Shown here: positions 47,259 to 55,550 of the stretch, in pieces
Layout: each line of letters starts with the position of its first letter
Position numbering within the stretch: the stretch's first letter is position 1
Assembly: GCA_902794075.1 (NCBI GenBank)
Contig: CADBGE010000001.1
Span: forward strand, 208,137 to 272,136
Direction of reading: 5' to 3'
From: an uncultured Erysipelotrichaceae bacterium
GTDB lineage: Bacteria; Bacillota_I; Bacilli_A; RF39; UBA660
Length of the DNA: 64,000 bases
The notes under the pieces: model-generated
The model's input: the letters and a program-made list of their open reading frames with translations, nothing else
Told to the model about the DNA's origin: nothing
Databases searched by the model: none
Made by a program: the position numbers and the translations under genes

Positions 47259-47950
47259 TTTTCTAGTACATCAAATATTTCTTTAGTATATTTATACATT
47301 TTTTCACATTCTTCATATATATCAAATATTTCTCTTAATGACTTTGGATGAACTGCTTTACCATTTGGTGTTTTTAACTTATTTTCACGAATGAATTTTC
47401 GTGCTTCCTTTGATGAATTGAACAGCATACCGTTAAACGTGGTATAAAAGCCATGTGCTGTTTTTCCTAAATTATTTATTCTTGATGATGTATCTATAAA
47501 ATTCCATTTTGCATAAAAACCGAACAAGTTATCAAGAAGATAATCGCCAAGTTTATCTTTTAATCTATATAAACCCCATATCCAATTGTCCATACCATAT
47601 CTGCTGTCATACGGTGAATCATTTAGATTTGTTTTGTTTTCTTTTTTAATGAATAAATGCGGTTCTCCATCAACATCATATACCTTATAAATGAACTTAT
47701 AAATCATTTTATTCTCTTCATAATATTGGTTCATTATATCTGCAACTGATGTAGATATTTTAGTTGTGTCTTTTAATGAATCTATATCAAATTCTTTAAA
47801 ATCTTTATTAACTATTAACTTTTCAGCAATATTTACATTTTGATGTAAAGCTTTGCTTTCAGCAATATTTACATTTTGATGTAAAGCTTTGCTTTCAGCA
47901 ATATATTTTTCAACAATATTTTCATTAATATATTTGACTAATGATTTCAT
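47255..47950 (-). CDS. Hypothetical protein with CTS-like N-terminus (MKSLVKYINE) and internal 12-aa duplication
   Basis: 231 aa. AESKALHQNVNI is repeated twice, encoded by a 36-bp DNA tandem repeat at 47822-47893. ATGA overlap with the downstream gene. Confidence 0.6.
   Translation of the reverse strand: MKSLVKYINENIVEKYIAESKALHQNVNIAESKALHQNVNIAEKLIVNKDFKEFDIDSLKDTTKISTSVADIMNQYYEENKMIYKFIYKVYDVDGEPHLFIKKENKTNLNDSPYDSRYGMDNWIWGLYRLKDKLGDYLLDNLFGFYAKWNFIDTSSRINNLGKTAHGFYTTFNGMLFNSSKEARKFIRENKLKTPNGKAVHPKSLREIFDIYEECEKMYKYTKEIFDVLEK
47822..47905. repeat. 36-bp in-frame tandem duplication (2.3 copies) inside CDS 47255-47950
   Basis: TTCAGCAATATTTACATTTTGATGTAAAGCTTTGCT occurs twice, plus a partial third copy. 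Confidence 0.8.
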
Positions 47951-47960
47951 ATTTTATAAT

Positions 47961-48497
47961 TTATATATATTTCTTGTCAGTTTCACAGAATATTGGTTTG
48001 ATGTTCTTTATGTTTGCCCATTTACAGAATTTTCCAAATGTATCATATAACTGCACTCGTGGAAGATATTCATTAACTAACAATACATAATGAATTTTAC
48101 CATTATGACGAATCATCTTTAGTTCCATTGTTTCATTTTGTATTGATAACTGTTGTCCTTCGCCAAGTTGCGTCAATGCTGTTGTCATTTGTTTTTGAAC
48201 TTTATGAGATGGAAGCATTGAAATGATTGCTGCTTTTTCATCAGTACTTAAGTTTGATGATTTTCTTGCAATGTATTTTTTATTATTTCTTTCCCATGTT
48301 TCATCCGTATCCTGGAACTGTTTGTTGACTATCATACAAGCGTTTTCATAAGTTATAAGATGATAGCTTTCATTTTCCATTTCATACACACGTCTATCAT
48401 CACCATCATTCCATGGTGAAATCTGCAGATAATGAGTTGGTAGCATCTTAAACACTTTGTTATCTGCAGTACATATGTAATAGGAATTTTCTTTCAT
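47961..48497 (-). CDS. Hypothetical protein (178 aa)
   Basis: ATG ORF between dnaK and the MKSL genes. No recognisable GrpE features. Confidence 0.55.
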   Translation of the reverse strand: MKENSYYICTADNKVFKMLPTHYLQISPWNDGDDRRVYEMENESYHLITYENACMIVNKQFQDTDETWERNNKKYIARKSSNLSTDEKAAIISMLPSHKVQKQMTTALTQLGEGQQLSIQNETMELKMIRHNGKIHYVLLVNEYLPRVQLYDTFGKFCKWANIKNIKPIFCETDKKYI

Positions 48498-48570
48498 TTG
48501 CTTTATAAAATATTATATATAAAAATCAAAAATCAAGCTTTTTCATTTTAATGAAAATAAAAATCAAAAA

Positions 48571-48603
48571 ATAGTGAGTGGGCTCAATTGCCACACCCAC
48601 TAT
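48571..48603 (-). terminator. Terminator downstream of the Hsp70 gene
   Basis: ATAGTGAGTGGGC-TCAATTG-CCACACCCACTAT imperfect hairpin. On the minus strand it is followed by TTTTTTGATTTTTATTTT. Confidence 0.55.
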
Positions 48604-48631
48604 TTCATTAGTCATAATCTTATATAGTGTA

Positions 48632-50548
48632 TCATTTGACTTCCTCAGCTTGTACATCTTCAGCATCCTTGAATGGATTGTCTCCACCCATCTGAGCAAA
48701 TGGATTGCTCTGCGCTTGCTGAGACTGTTCACCTTGCTTTGGAGCAGATTCCTGATAGATTCTAGTGATGATTGGTTGATAGTAATCCTCAAGTGCCTTA
48801 CGAGCAGGCTCAATCTTCTCGAGATCCTTTGTCTGCAGTTGTTCATCAAATTCTTTCAGAAGTTCATTAATCTTCTCTTTCTCCTCATCAGTGAACTTGC
48901 TGCCCATGTGCTCATCCTTCAATGATGCTTCAACGGCATACTTATATCCTTCTGCAGTATTCAGCTTGTCAATCTCTTCTTTCTTTTTCTTGTCCTCTTC
49001 AGCATGATCTGCAGCATCTTTCTTGATACGGTCAATTTCTTCTTGAGATAGCGAATTGCCCTTCTCAATAGTGATGTGTTGTTCCTTTTGAGTACCAAGA
49101 TCCTTTGCAGTGACTGTCAAGATACCGTTAGCATCCATCTCAAATGTAACCTCAATCTGAGGAACGCCACGAGGAGCAGGAGCAATGCCGTCCAAGTTGA
49201 ATTGACCAATGATCTTATTGTCACGACTCATAGGACGCTCACCCTGAAGAACAATGATACTTACTGCAGGTTGGTTATCAACAGCAGTTGTGAATACTTG
49301 AGACTTACGAACAGGAATAGTTGTGTTTGCATCAATCAATTTACCCATCTGACTTCCGTTCACCTCGATACCGAGTGAGATAGGTGTTACATCAAGAAGA
49401 AGAACATCAGTGTCAGAAGTGTTGCCCACCAAGATGTTTGCCTGGATTGCAGCACCTTCAGCTACAGCAAGGTCAAGGTCAGCTTTATGAATTAATTCAA
49501 CACCGAACTTATCGGTAAGACGCTTCTGAAGAAGAGGAATACGGCAAGAACCACCAACCAAGATAATACCATCAAGAGTACAGTTTGCCTTTTCACGAGC
49601 ATCCTCAGCACACTTGATTACTTTATCTACATACTTGCTTGCGATATTCTCAAATGCTGCTTTGTTAAGTTTCTTAACAAAGTGTTTAGGCATACCGTCA
49701 ATTGCTGTAATATATGGTAGGTTAATTTCAGTCTCAGTAACTCCTGACAGTTCAATCTTTGCTTTCTCTGCAGCCTCAACTACACGTTGCATAGCCATAG
49801 GATCCTTGCTTAAGTCAAAATTCTCCTGTTTCTTGAACTCATCAACGATCCATTGTGCGACTGCATTGTCAATATCTGCACCACCAAGCCATGTATCGCC
49901 ATAACTTGAAAGTACTTCAATCAGTTGAGAATCTTTGTCATAATCAAGAACAGTTACATCTGTAGTGGAACCACCAAAATCCACAACAGCATACTTACCT
50001 GATTTCTCCAGTTTACTTGCAAGACATGCCGCAGTAGGCTCATTGATGATACGCAATACATTTAGACCAGCAAGTTCACCAGCCTCTTTAGTAGCATTAC
50101 GCTGTGAATCATCAAACAATGCAGGAACTGTAATGACAGCATCTTCGACGGAATGGCCAAGATATTCCTCAGCCTGCTTCTTTAGTTCTTGAAGAATCCA
50201 TGAACTGATTTCTTGTGGAGAATACTCCTTATCGTTAATCTTTACATAGGGATAGCCATTATGATTCACAACATCATAATGCAAGTGCTTGATAGCATCC
50301 TGAGCTTCTTCCCAGTTGCGTCCAATTAGTCTCTTAATTAAATTGATTGTTTGTTTAGGTTTCATCAACATTTGACGCTTTGCTGATGAGCCTACACGAC
50401 GCTCACCATTGTCATCGATGTTGACTACTGATGGAAATGTTTTAGAACCTTCTGCGGTAAGTACAATAGCCGGACGGCCGTTTTCCATCACACATACTTC
50501 CGACATTGTTGACCCAAGGTCAACACCAATTGCTTTCTTGTTGCTCAT
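48632..50548 (-). CDS. dnaK: Hsp70-family chaperone (divergent DnaK homolog)
   Basis: 638 aa. N-terminal phosphate-1 motif AIGVDLGSTMSEV (compare IGIDLGTTNS). DFGGSTTDVTVL (compare DLGGGTFD). ILVGGSCRIPLLQ (compare LVGGQTRMP). A substrate-binding domain and a charged C-terminal tail follow. Confidence 0.85.
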   Translation of the reverse strand: MSNKKAIGVDLGSTMSEVCVMENGRPAIVLTAEGSKTFPSVVNIDDNGERRVGSSAKRQMLMKPKQTINLIKRLIGRNWEEAQDAIKHLHYDVVNHNGYPYVKINDKEYSPQEISSWILQELKKQAEEYLGHSVEDAVITVPALFDDSQRNATKEAGELAGLNVLRIINEPTAACLASKLEKSGKYAVVDFGGSTTDVTVLDYDKDSQLIEVLSSYGDTWLGGADIDNAVAQWIVDEFKKQENFDLSKDPMAMQRVVEAAEKAKIELSGVTETEINLPYITAIDGMPKHFVKKLNKAAFENIASKYVDKVIKCAEDAREKANCTLDGIILVGGSCRIPLLQKRLTDKFGVELIHKADLDLAVAEGAAIQANILVGNTSDTDVLLLDVTPISLGIEVNGSQMGKLIDANTTIPVRKSQVFTTAVDNQPAVSIIVLQGERPMSRDNKIIGQFNLDGIAPAPRGVPQIEVTFEMDANGILTVTAKDLGTQKEQHITIEKGNSLSQEEIDRIKKDAADHAEEDKKKKEEIDKLNTAEGYKYAVEASLKDEHMGSKFTDEEKEKINELLKEFDEQLQTKDLEKIEPARKALEDYYQPIITRIYQESAPKQGEQSQQAQSNPFAQMGGDNPFKDAEDVQAEEVK

Positions 50549-50576
50549 AATAAAATATGTTAATAAATTTGTAGCT

Positions 50577-50594
50577 CAGGTTGTTGCCAACCTG
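50577..50594 (-). other. Hairpin in the 5' leader of the Hsp70 gene
   Basis: CAGGTTG-TTGC-CAACCTG (7-bp stem). Lies between the promoter-like motif (50595-50610) and the ATG at 50548. No adjacent T-tract on either strand. Confidence 0.4.
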
Positions 50595-50610
50595 TATATA
50601 ATTAAAAATA
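50595..50610 (-). promoter_or_regulatory. Promoter-like ATTTTTAATTATATA motif upstream of Hsp70
   Basis: Motif family as above, about 47 nt upstream of the ATG. Confidence 0.4.
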
Positions 50611-50629
50611 TAATTTTAGTCAAAAAAAT

Positions 50630-51136
50630 TTAATGATGTATCTCATTAAAAATTTCTTTTAATGAATCAAATATTTCTTTGTCTATTATAAAATAATTTA
50701 CTGCTGTTCCAGGATATTCTAATGAGGACTTGTTAAATAATGATATGTTTTTTAATTGCTGTGCTTCTACATAACGAATTTGAACATCATTAATGTATCT
50801 AATTCGAATGTCATCATATAAATTTACATATTTGTCATGTCTTTGTAAACGATGAACTAAAAATAAATTTTGTATAACTTCATTAAAGCCACATACATAT
50901 TCACCTTCATTGGCAATGACATTCATCTTATTGAATGATATCTCTTTACCAGACCTTTTTATATAATTAATTATGTCTTTAAACGCATTTTTATCTTTTG
51001 TGTTAATTGTATATAAATGAGATGACCATGAATAGCTTCTTAAAGTATCTTCAAAACTTTCTGATTTGAAATTTTTGTTGATGACAAGTTTTTCATTAAA
51101 AAATGACTCATGCAAATGCTGTTTTAATGATTTCAT
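50630..51136 (-). CDS. Hypothetical protein with CTS-like N-terminus (MKSLKQHLHE)
   Basis: The ORF-track start at 51172 is a GTG that overlaps the upstream stop. The first ATG (51136) gives the family N-terminus MKSLKQHLHESFFNEKLVINKNF, so it was preferred. Confidence 0.55.
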   Translation of the reverse strand: MKSLKQHLHESFFNEKLVINKNFKSESFEDTLRSYSWSSHLYTINTKDKNAFKDIINYIKRSGKEISFNKMNVIANEGEYVCGFNEVIQNLFLVHRLQRHDKYVNLYDDIRIRYINDVQIRYVEAQQLKNISLFNKSSLEYPGTAVNYFIIDKEIFDSLKEIFNEIHH

Positions 51137-51168
51137 TACATATTGAACATATTTTTCAATTAAAAATA

Positions 51169-51597
51169 TCACTTCATTTGCCTTATAATTTCAATAACTT
51201 TACTACCATCTGCTGCAGGATATTTATCTTTCACATATCCCATGATGTGCTTCATGTTTTGTGGCTTAGGTTCATAACCACTATCAATGATTGCTTGCTT
51301 CAATTCATCTTGACTAGGAACCTTAGGCAAGAAACTTTGAAGAATATTCAATCGTTCAGTTAGTTCTGTGACATCCCTATTTGCTTTAATGAACATATCT
51401 CTCTCATCCTGCCATGACTTTTCCATCTTCATAAGAATTGAGATCTCTTTTGCGTCATTGAAATCACTTTTCTTGAATCCCTTGCTTGTCTTATATTCAA
51501 GAAATTTTGCCTTAATCATTTTCAGTACATAAAGACGATTTGCATCTTTTGACTTCATCGCGTCTGCAATTTCCTTATTAATGTTCTCTCTAAGCAT
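51169..51597 (-). CDS. GatB/YqeY-domain protein
   Basis: 142 aa. MLRENINKEIADAMKSKDANRLYVLKMIKAKFLEY... resembles the YqeY/GatB C-terminal domain family. Confidence 0.55.
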   Translation of the reverse strand: MLRENINKEIADAMKSKDANRLYVLKMIKAKFLEYKTSKGFKKSDFNDAKEISILMKMEKSWQDERDMFIKANRDVTELTERLNILQSFLPKVPSQDELKQAIIDSGYEPKPQNMKHIMGYVKDKYPAADGSKVIEIIRQMK

Positions 51598-51623
51598 AAT
51601 TTTAATTATTTTTTTTTAATTTA

Positions 51624-51809
51624 TTAATTACAACGTACCGCTGTATCACATAATGTTGCCTTTTCAATATGAAGCAAGTTCTTGTAATAACTATTTTCAA
51701 TATATTGTTCACATGCTTCTTTATCGGTTGTCCAATGAGTTTCTGCACTCTTGTAATTATAATTATCAATGCATACAACACGATAAATTTCTTGAATTGT
51801 AAATGTCAT
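51624..51809 (-). CDS. Hypothetical small Cys-containing protein (61 aa)
   Basis: ATG ORF directly downstream of rtcB. Confidence 0.4.
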   Translation of the reverse strand: MTFTIQEIYRVVCIDNYNYKSAETHWTTDKEACEQYIENSYYKNLLHIEKATLCDTAVRCN

Positions 51810-51813
51810 AATT

Positions 51814-53034
51814 TTAATTATTTGCTTTAAAATTGTAAAGTGGTTTAATTTGCTTGATAATATCTACTGTATCACCAATTGCATTGATAATTGATTCCAT
51901 AGGCTTATATGCCATAGGTGCTTCATCAATAGTATCAGTGTTGACTGAAGTAGTATAAATACCCTTCATAGAATTTTTGAAATCTTCCATGTTCAATTCA
52001 GCTTTTGCCTTAGAACGACTCATTATACGACCTGCTCCATGAGGTGCAGAATAATTCCAATCCGCATTACCCCTACCAACACAAATCAATGAACCATCTC
52101 TCATGTTCATGGTGATAATCAAATTTTCACCATCCGCCGCAGAAACAGCTCCTTTACGAAGCATCATATATTCATCAATATAATTATGAGTAGTAAATAT
52201 ATGTTCATCGAATTTCCAATTCATATATTTACCAATTACCTGACAAATAGTTTCATGATTTATATATGCGAATTGTGAACACTTCCACATATCATTAATG
52301 TAACCTGAAAAATCATCGCCATCGAGATTCTTATCAAGATATGCCATTTCATTAGAAACTGCAGGGCGTTTAATTTTCTTAAGTTCTGACTGAATCTCCT
52401 TTTCACGTCCTTCTGCTTTCAAACGCTTAATAAGTTCATCAACTTCACCCTTCTTTGATGTTCTATTCTGAATTGCCTTAGTCTGCCAATACTTGCACAC
52501 TTCAACACCTAAATGACGAGAACCACAATGAATAAGAAGATATACTTCATTTGTCTCCTCGCACCATTCTACAGAAATAAAATGATTACCTCCGCCAAGT
52601 GTTCCTAAAGAATATAGTGTATATCTCTTATTAATTGGACATTTAATCTCGTCAAGAAAATTTACACATTGTTTTTGCATACTCGCAGGAACATCATCAA
52701 GTACATTACGAATATTGGTTCCTGAAGGAATATGCTCATGAATCACATTATCTAATTTTTCTTTAACAGTATCAAACCACTGCTTTCCATTTACCTTCTT
52801 AGGTAACTTAATGCGATGTGCTGATACGGTACATCCGATGTCGACGCCAACGAAATTAGGAGTAATCTTATCAGTAATCTGCATGGTTGTACCAACAGTA
52901 CAGCCTTTACCAGCATGGCAATCAGGCATCATACGAATAATGTTGTTCTTATATGCATCTGACTTAGCCATTGCATAAATCTGGTTCAGAGCCTCGGGCT
53001 CAACAATCTCTGCATATATCTTTAAAGTTTCCAT
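51814..53034 (-). CDS. rtcB: RtcB-family RNA 3'-phosphate/2',3'-cyclic phosphate ligase
   Basis: Signature motifs CHAGKGCTVG, GGGNHFISVEW and HGAGR (APHGAGRIMS) are present. 406 aa. Confidence 0.9.
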   Translation of the reverse strand: METLKIYAEIVEPEALNQIYAMAKSDAYKNNIIRMMPDCHAGKGCTVGTTMQITDKITPNFVGVDIGCTVSAHRIKLPKKVNGKQWFDTVKEKLDNVIHEHIPSGTNIRNVLDDVPASMQKQCVNFLDEIKCPINKRYTLYSLGTLGGGNHFISVEWCEETNEVYLLIHCGSRHLGVEVCKYWQTKAIQNRTSKKGEVDELIKRLKAEGREKEIQSELKKIKRPAVSNEMAYLDKNLDGDDFSGYINDMWKCSQFAYINHETICQVIGKYMNWKFDEHIFTTHNYIDEYMMLRKGAVSAADGENLIITMNMRDGSLICVGRGNADWNYSAPHGAGRIMSRSKAKAELNMEDFKNSMKGIYTTSVNTDTIDEAPMAYKPMESIINAIGDTVDIIKQIKPLYNFKANN

Positions 53035-53106
53035 AATTTATTTATTTATTGTATAAATAAAATAAAAAAGTTCCCTAAAAAATTCAATTTTTAAAGAACC
53101 TTATTT

Positions 53107-53445
53107 CTATAAATTATCAATTAGTTTTTTATTTTCTTTTAGTTTGTGTTTTATCTTATCACAATATTTTTTATACATTTTCTTTATTGTTGTCTTATCA
53201 ATGCACCACATTATGTAATCATCATAATCAATTAAGTTTCTAACATATTCATATGAATTTTTCTTATACACATTTATACGTTCTTTAACATAAGTATAAT
53301 GTTCTTTATGTTTTAATGATAAACATATTTGTTCCGAATATTGTGATTTTTCAATATTAAAGATTTCGTATATTTCTATATCTCCTGTCTGAAAATTACA
53401 ACGATAAATTATATTTCCTATATGCAGACTTTCAAATGTCTTCAT
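53107..53445 (-). CDS. Hypothetical protein (112 aa)
   Basis: ATG ORF. 1-nt overlap with the upstream gene. Confidence 0.5.
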   Translation of the reverse strand: MKTFESLHIGNIIYRCNFQTGDIEIYEIFNIEKSQYSEQICLSLKHKEHYTYVKERINVYKKNSYEYVRNLIDYDDYIMWCIDKTTIKKMYKKYCDKIKHKLKENKKLIDNL

Positions 53446-53837
53446 TACATACTTTGAATAATGCGTTTTTTATTTTCATCAAACAACACAAGAGCTGAAT
53501 CAGTTCCTGGATGCCATTTTCCAAATTTAATTGAATCCAATAAATGATCAGCATCTAATGATACAATATCTGCTTCAATGTTGTTACGCTTACAGAAATC
53601 AATAACCTCCTGCATAATCAAACGATGAAGATAATTGAATTTTTCATTAAGTGATTCATTTTCCCATTCATCCCATTCATAAAAATGAGCATGATTTAGC
53701 ACACGTTTTTCATCATAAAGTTTCTTTTGGAAATCATCAGGACGCTCAACATATGTATGAAGGTGAGCATATTCAGAATAATCATTCCCTTCGTGCCCAC
53801 ACATTCCAGCCAATTCAGCAAAAAGTTCATTTTCCAT
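53445..53837 (-). CDS. Hypothetical His-rich protein (130 aa)
   Basis: ATG ORF with several His/Trp clusters (HAHFYEWDEW, HPGTDSA). No confident family assignment. Confidence 0.5.
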   Translation of the reverse strand: MENELFAELAGMCGHEGNDYSEYAHLHTYVERPDDFQKKLYDEKRVLNHAHFYEWDEWENESLNEKFNYLHRLIMQEVIDFCKRNNIEADIVSLDADHLLDSIKFGKWHPGTDSALVLFDENKKRIIQSM

Positions 53838-53925
53838 AATCTTAAAAATCTTAAAGTTTATTATATAATTTAATATATAACTTCATTATGTAACAATTCA
53901 ATAATCATTGGAGAGAAAATATATA

Positions 53926-54276
53926 TTATGATTCTAATTTTTCCAATGCGTCAGGCCCTTCATATTCATAATCACCCCATAAATCATTTTCATCAACCCA
54001 ATTCAAAAAATTAATTAATGGAATAATGTCATCTTTTATATTATTTCTATTTATGACTGGCCAATTATTTGTATCATCAAGAACATCATATAGATCGTTC
54101 ATTTGTTGTTTTTCTTCATCAGATAATACATTCCAATATTCAGAATACTTTTTTATTTCAGAATCTTCACCAATATTTCCTGTTAATAGACCGACCAAGG
54201 ATGCTATAGCGTCTCTTTCACTTTCTGTTAGTTTAAAATATCTTGTTTCATTTATATAAGTTATTAATGATTTCAT
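53926..54276 (-). CDS. Hypothetical acidic protein with CTS-like N-terminus (MKSLITYINE)
   Basis: 116 aa. Last gene of a 3-gene overlapping MKSL array. Confidence 0.6.
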   Translation of the reverse strand: MKSLITYINETRYFKLTESERDAIASLVGLLTGNIGEDSEIKKYSEYWNVLSDEEKQQMNDLYDVLDDTNNWPVINRNNIKDDIIPLINFLNWVDENDLWGDYEYEGPDALEKLES

Positions 54277-55073
54277 TCTACTCCTTTTGGTTTATATTTA
54301 TTTACTATATTGCAATTACTGAACATTTTGTCCGTTTTTGCTGTATCTTTAATTTTCCATTTACTTAAGTTACAATTAAAATTTTCGCACCATCCAAACA
54401 TCCAAGAAAAATTCTCTCCTTTACTAACATTCCATTTACTTAAATCATAATTAAATTTTGAACAACCATAAAACATTGAATCAAAGTTTGTTGAATTACT
54501 TACATCCCATTTACTTAAATCTGAATTGAAATTTGGGCAGTTAAAGAACATTTTTTTAAAAGTCTGGCCGTTTCTAACATTCCATTTTCTTAAATCGCCA
54601 TTAAATTTTATACAGTCTTCAAACATCCAATAAAAAAATTCTCCATTACTTACATCCCATTCGCTTAAGTTTTGATTAAATTTTTTACATTCATAAAACA
54701 TTGCTCCAAAATTCTCTCCATTGCGAACATCCCAATTGCTTAAGTCGCAATTGAATTTTTTACACCCATAAAACATATAATAAAAATCCTTACCATTACT
54801 TACATCCCATTTACTAATATCAAAATCTTTATTTCCGGTATTTTTATCTTGTAGAAACAATTTGCTAAAATCAGTTATTTCGGATACGTCTATATCATTT
54901 AAGTCATATATGCCTTTATTATAATGTTCACGTATTGCTAATTCTAATTCATTTCTGTCTTTTGGGTGATAATTATAAATGTCACTATAATTTTTATTAA
55001 TGACAAGTTTTTCATCTACTTGTGATGGAATAATGATAAGTTTTTCAGATATGTAATTTATTAATGACTTCAT
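54273..55073 (-). CDS. DUF285 / BspA-like repeat protein with CTS-like N-terminus (MKSLINYISE)
   Basis: About 7 tandem 23-aa repeats SKWDVSNG..F..MF..C.KFN.DL. The N-terminus has the family motif plus EKLVINKNY. Confidence 0.7.
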   Translation of the reverse strand: MKSLINYISEKLIIIPSQVDEKLVINKNYSDIYNYHPKDRNELELAIREHYNKGIYDLNDIDVSEITDFSKLFLQDKNTGNKDFDISKWDVSNGKDFYYMFYGCKKFNCDLSNWDVRNGENFGAMFYECKKFNQNLSEWDVSNGEFFYWMFEDCIKFNGDLRKWNVRNGQTFKKMFFNCPNFNSDLSKWDVSNSTNFDSMFYGCSKFNYDLSKWNVSKGENFSWMFGWCENFNCNLSKWKIKDTAKTDKMFSNCNIVNKYKPKGVE

Positions 55074-55453
55074 TTCATAAAATTAAATTTTTTTCTATTA
55101 AAAACTACAATACCAATATTATCATTAAGTATTGTATCATAATTATATATCTCACGATCATCATCAACATTAACTATAATTCCGTTATCTGAACTTTCAT
55201 ATTTATATATATTTGATGTATCAACAATATTATAATATGAAGAATCTGTTTCAATAATTTTACAGATTACATATTCATTGTCATTACCAAATTCTTTATT
55301 TTCTAATTTATTAAATATTCTTTTAATGCTATTTTCATTTTCAATAGCAATTCCTAAAACAATATTATCTGGTATTCTATTACCACTTTCTGAACATTTA
55401 AGTCTGAATGGTGCTGGGCCGCGTTCATTAATGTATTCTACTAAACTTTTCAT
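55070..55453 (-). CDS. Hypothetical protein with CTS-like N-terminus (MKSLVEYINE)
   Basis: The ORF-track start at 55495 adds 14 AT-rich codons. The internal ATG at 55453 gives a near-consensus family N-terminus, so it was preferred. Confidence 0.55.
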   Translation of the reverse strand: MKSLVEYINERGPAPFRLKCSESGNRIPDNIVLGIAIENENSIKRIFNKLENKEFGNDNEYVICKIIETDSSYYNIVDTSNIYKYESSDNGIIVNVDDDREIYNYDTILNDNIGIVVFNRKKFNFMK

Positions 55454-55550
55454 TTTTATGTTGATAAAATTTATATATATAAAAATAAAATCCATAAAGT
55501 ATATGCGTATATATCACAAATATTTTTAAATATATACTTCATTAAATATC

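Noticed and set aside
47961-48497. 178-aa gene between dnaK and dnaJ as a GrpE nucleotide-exchange factor.
   Set aside because: There is no coiled-coil N-terminal segment or GrpE C-terminal beta-domain signature. Its Trp/Cys-containing composition is unlike GrpE.
48526-50633. ORFs overlapping the Hsp70 gene (48526-48849, 48578-48925, 49076-49378, 49614-49904, 49965-50192, 50409-50633).
   Set aside because: Hsp70 homology along the full 638 aa leaves no room for these. They are wrong-frame artefacts.
53445-53837. 130-aa His-rich protein next to RtcB as archease (the RtcB cofactor).
   Set aside because: It lacks the conserved N-terminal archease motif, and the overall sequence is not archease-like.
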